NCBI GenBank assembly: GCA_965198175.1
Contig: OZ240245.1
Span: forward strand, 2,144,001 to 2,208,000
Origin: Candidatus Poribacteria bacterium
GTDB taxonomy: Bacteria > Poribacteria > WGA-4E > PCPOR2b
DNA: 64,000 nt
Direction of reading: 5' to 3'
The position numbers and the translations under genes were made by a program. Each line of letters begins with the position of its first letter. Position 1 is the first letter of the stretch. A model generated the notes under the pieces. The model made no database searches and was not told the origin of the DNA. It saw nothing but the letters and a program-made list of their open reading frames with translations. Shown piece after piece: positions 62,200 through 64,000 of the stretch.

Positions 62200-64000
62200 A
62201 TGATCCTAAAAGAGGCACCGATTATCCGGTGCGACGGAATATTCGACATTATCTTCTACGATATCAAAGGGGAAGTCTTTCCCGAAGACCACCGTTTGGC
62301 ATGTCAGGTTGATGTAACCATTCGCAGTCTAATGAAGGGGTTGGACAAAGTGACATTCGCCTTGCATCCAACGCTAGAAGTTACTCTGGTGAGGGCGGCG
62401 GGTGAAACGCTGGCTTTCGATCGGAATACCAAAGATATTGACCAACATGGGGACGGAAGCGTCCTGAACATTCATCTAGAACGACCTTTGCAGCATGACG
62501 AAGAACTCACAATTACACTCAACTATCACGGTGAATTCATCGTTGGCGTGGATTCACGCTACGACGGATACATCGGCGAAGAGGGCGTCTTCATCAGCCC
62601 GCACGCTGGCTGGTATCCATACTGTGTTTATGCCGCTGTGCCGAATTATTACCCTGATGTCCCCTACCTCTTGGAGATGCGTGCCCCATCGGGGTGGATG
62701 CTGTTTTTATATCCAGGCGATCCGGAGGTGACAGAACAGAATGGTCAGGTGACTTACCGTTGGGATTCACGCCAGCCGCACCGGCGACCAAGAGCAAATT
62801 GGGGAATAACACTCATCGGTGCGAAGTATCATAAAATTGAGCGGAAAATCGACAACCACAAACTAACGTTCTTCAGCCTCGATAAAGATGGCACAGCCAT
62901 TGATAAATTCCTCAACCTGTTAAACGGATGGTTAGGATGGACGGACAAAATTGGTGACACGGCTTCGGTGCCGCGCCACATCCAACTAGGAGAGACGGCG
63001 CACTTTTTCCAACCCAACCACGCAATGCCATACATCAAATTTTTCTCGCGACAAATGATCGAGGATTATCCACGCGAGTTGCTGAGGAAGCAATGGTTTG
63101 CAAGAGAGGAGATATTGCAGCACTGGGGGGCGCTGTCCGGTGCTAATTTAGCAGGACTATGGATGCTTGGGAATTATCTCCATCTCCTGTTTCAGGAGAG
63201 TCGAGAGGAGACGCCGGAAGACTGGTTGGCAACAGAGCTAGAAATGCTCTTGCGTAAGTATTTGAGGTGGCGAATCACGGACCCATGGCTCGGACACAGC
63301 GAGCATTTGGCTGGCACCCGAGATCGTTGGATTTTGTGGATGTGGCATCAGATTATCGGCGATGAAGCGTTTTATCGCGCTCTCGCTCGTCTGAGTACGG
63401 GACCTCTGCCACAGGATCGCCCCCTCACAATGAAAGATTTCTACCAATTGACCAGCGATGAATCCGGTATTCCCTTCGATTGGTTTTGGGAGCAGTGGGT
63501 CGAAGGGGTTGGTGCAATGCAGTTTTGGTTCGAGAAAACGGTCGTCAAGGCGCGCGACGACGGCTATTCTGTAGAGGTATGGCTCAATCAAACAGGTGAC
63601 TTGTATCAGGTGCCGCTTGTGGTGCTATTGCGAACCGAAACAGAGGAAATTCGCCGCCGAATCTTTATTCGAGAGCGGATGAATCACCTTGTGTTTCGAT
63701 GCCACGGGAAGCCTTTGGAATTAGAAATCGATCCAGAGAGGAAGGTTTTCAAAGCCTCAACGGTGAATAGGTGCAAACCCATCGACCTTGGGTTTTCGAT
63801 TCCTTTTGGAGAGGATAGATGGTCAGAGGTGTTCCGTCACGGAAAACGGCTAGTGATCGCACCATCGGAATTGAGATCTGTTGCTGAAGGGTTGCGACCG
63901 TATCTGGAAAAGCGAGCTCGGCATTCGCCGCAGATTGTCAGTGCCGACCCGAATTTTGATCGAAGCCGGCGGTTTAGGGTTCCTGTGGAAATTCTTACGC
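62200..64000 (+). CDS. M1 aminopeptidase-like protein with degenerate zinc motif (partial, runs off window)
   Basis: Manually translated with no stop to the window end; AGGAG RBS; YDI..., WYP, IGDEAF...DF...SG..FDWFWEQW; EEILQHWG in place of HExxH. Confidence 0.75.
   Translation, partial: MILKEAPIIRCDGIFDIIFYDIKGEVFPEDHRLACQVDVTIRSLMKGLDKVTFALHPTLEVTLVRAAGETLAFDRNTKDIDQHGDGSVLNIHLERPLQHDEELTITLNYHGEFIVGVDSRYDGYIGEEGVFISPHAGWYPYCVYAAVPNYYPDVPYLLEMRAPSGWMLFLYPGDPEVTEQNGQVTYRWDSRQPHRRPRANWGITLIGAKYHKIERKIDNHKLTFFSLDKDGTAIDKFLNLLNGWLGWTDKIGDTASVPRHIQLGETAHFFQPNHAMPYIKFFSRQMIEDYPRELLRKQWFAREEILQHWGALSGANLAGLWMLGNYLHLLFQESREETPEDWLATELEMLLRKYLRWRITDPWLGHSEHLAGTRDRWILWMWHQIIGDEAFYRALARLSTGPLPQDRPLTMKDFYQLTSDESGIPFDWFWEQWVEGVGAMQFWFEKTVVKARDDGYSVEVWLNQTGDLYQVPLVVLLRTETEEIRRRIFIRERMNHLVFRCHGKPLELEIDPERKVFKASTVNRCKPIDLGFSIPFGEDRWSEVFRHGKRLVIAPSELRSVAEGLRPYLEKRARHSPQIVSADPNFDRSRRFRVPVEILT

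Overview
Bacterial chromosomal window, probably Candidatus Poribacteria. This is inferred from LamG and WD40 secreted proteins with C-terminal (L)TTTWxx(I/M)K-type motifs and an LLQNYPNPFNPETWIPY domain. Positions 1-12.5 kb hold housekeeping genes: an Rrf2-cysK-cysH-sulfur carrier operon, an M3/M2-type peptidase, an S1/P1-nuclease-DmpA fusion, dnaK and pepA. Positions 12.7-22 kb are a decayed accessory island: a phage-like HTH gene, a broken type IIG R-M gene, a broken imuB-dnaE2 cassette and an intact SRAP gene. Positions 22-47.2 kb are mostly ordinary genes (GH36, RHH-DinG operon, orphan sdhA, modC, ogt, fur, argD, ispE-tRNA-Gln-rplY-amidase-GerMN-pth). The most interesting part is 47.2-57 kb, a tandem array of about 4 reshuffled cassettes. 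Each is built from a REP element, a Fis-HTH stub, a long inverted repeat, a sigma54 promoter, a secreted protein whose mature N-terminus is His (conserved His1...GxH-x5/6-HxH plus a TTTWxxMK tail), a hairpin, and a variable lipoprotein. IS3/IS5 fragments are interspersed. The window ends with LamG and WD40 exported proteins, a TGTGA-rich palindromic intergenic region, and an ECF sigma operon with a catalytically degenerate M1 aminopeptidase homolog running off the edge. All calls come from motif recognition only; no searches were run.
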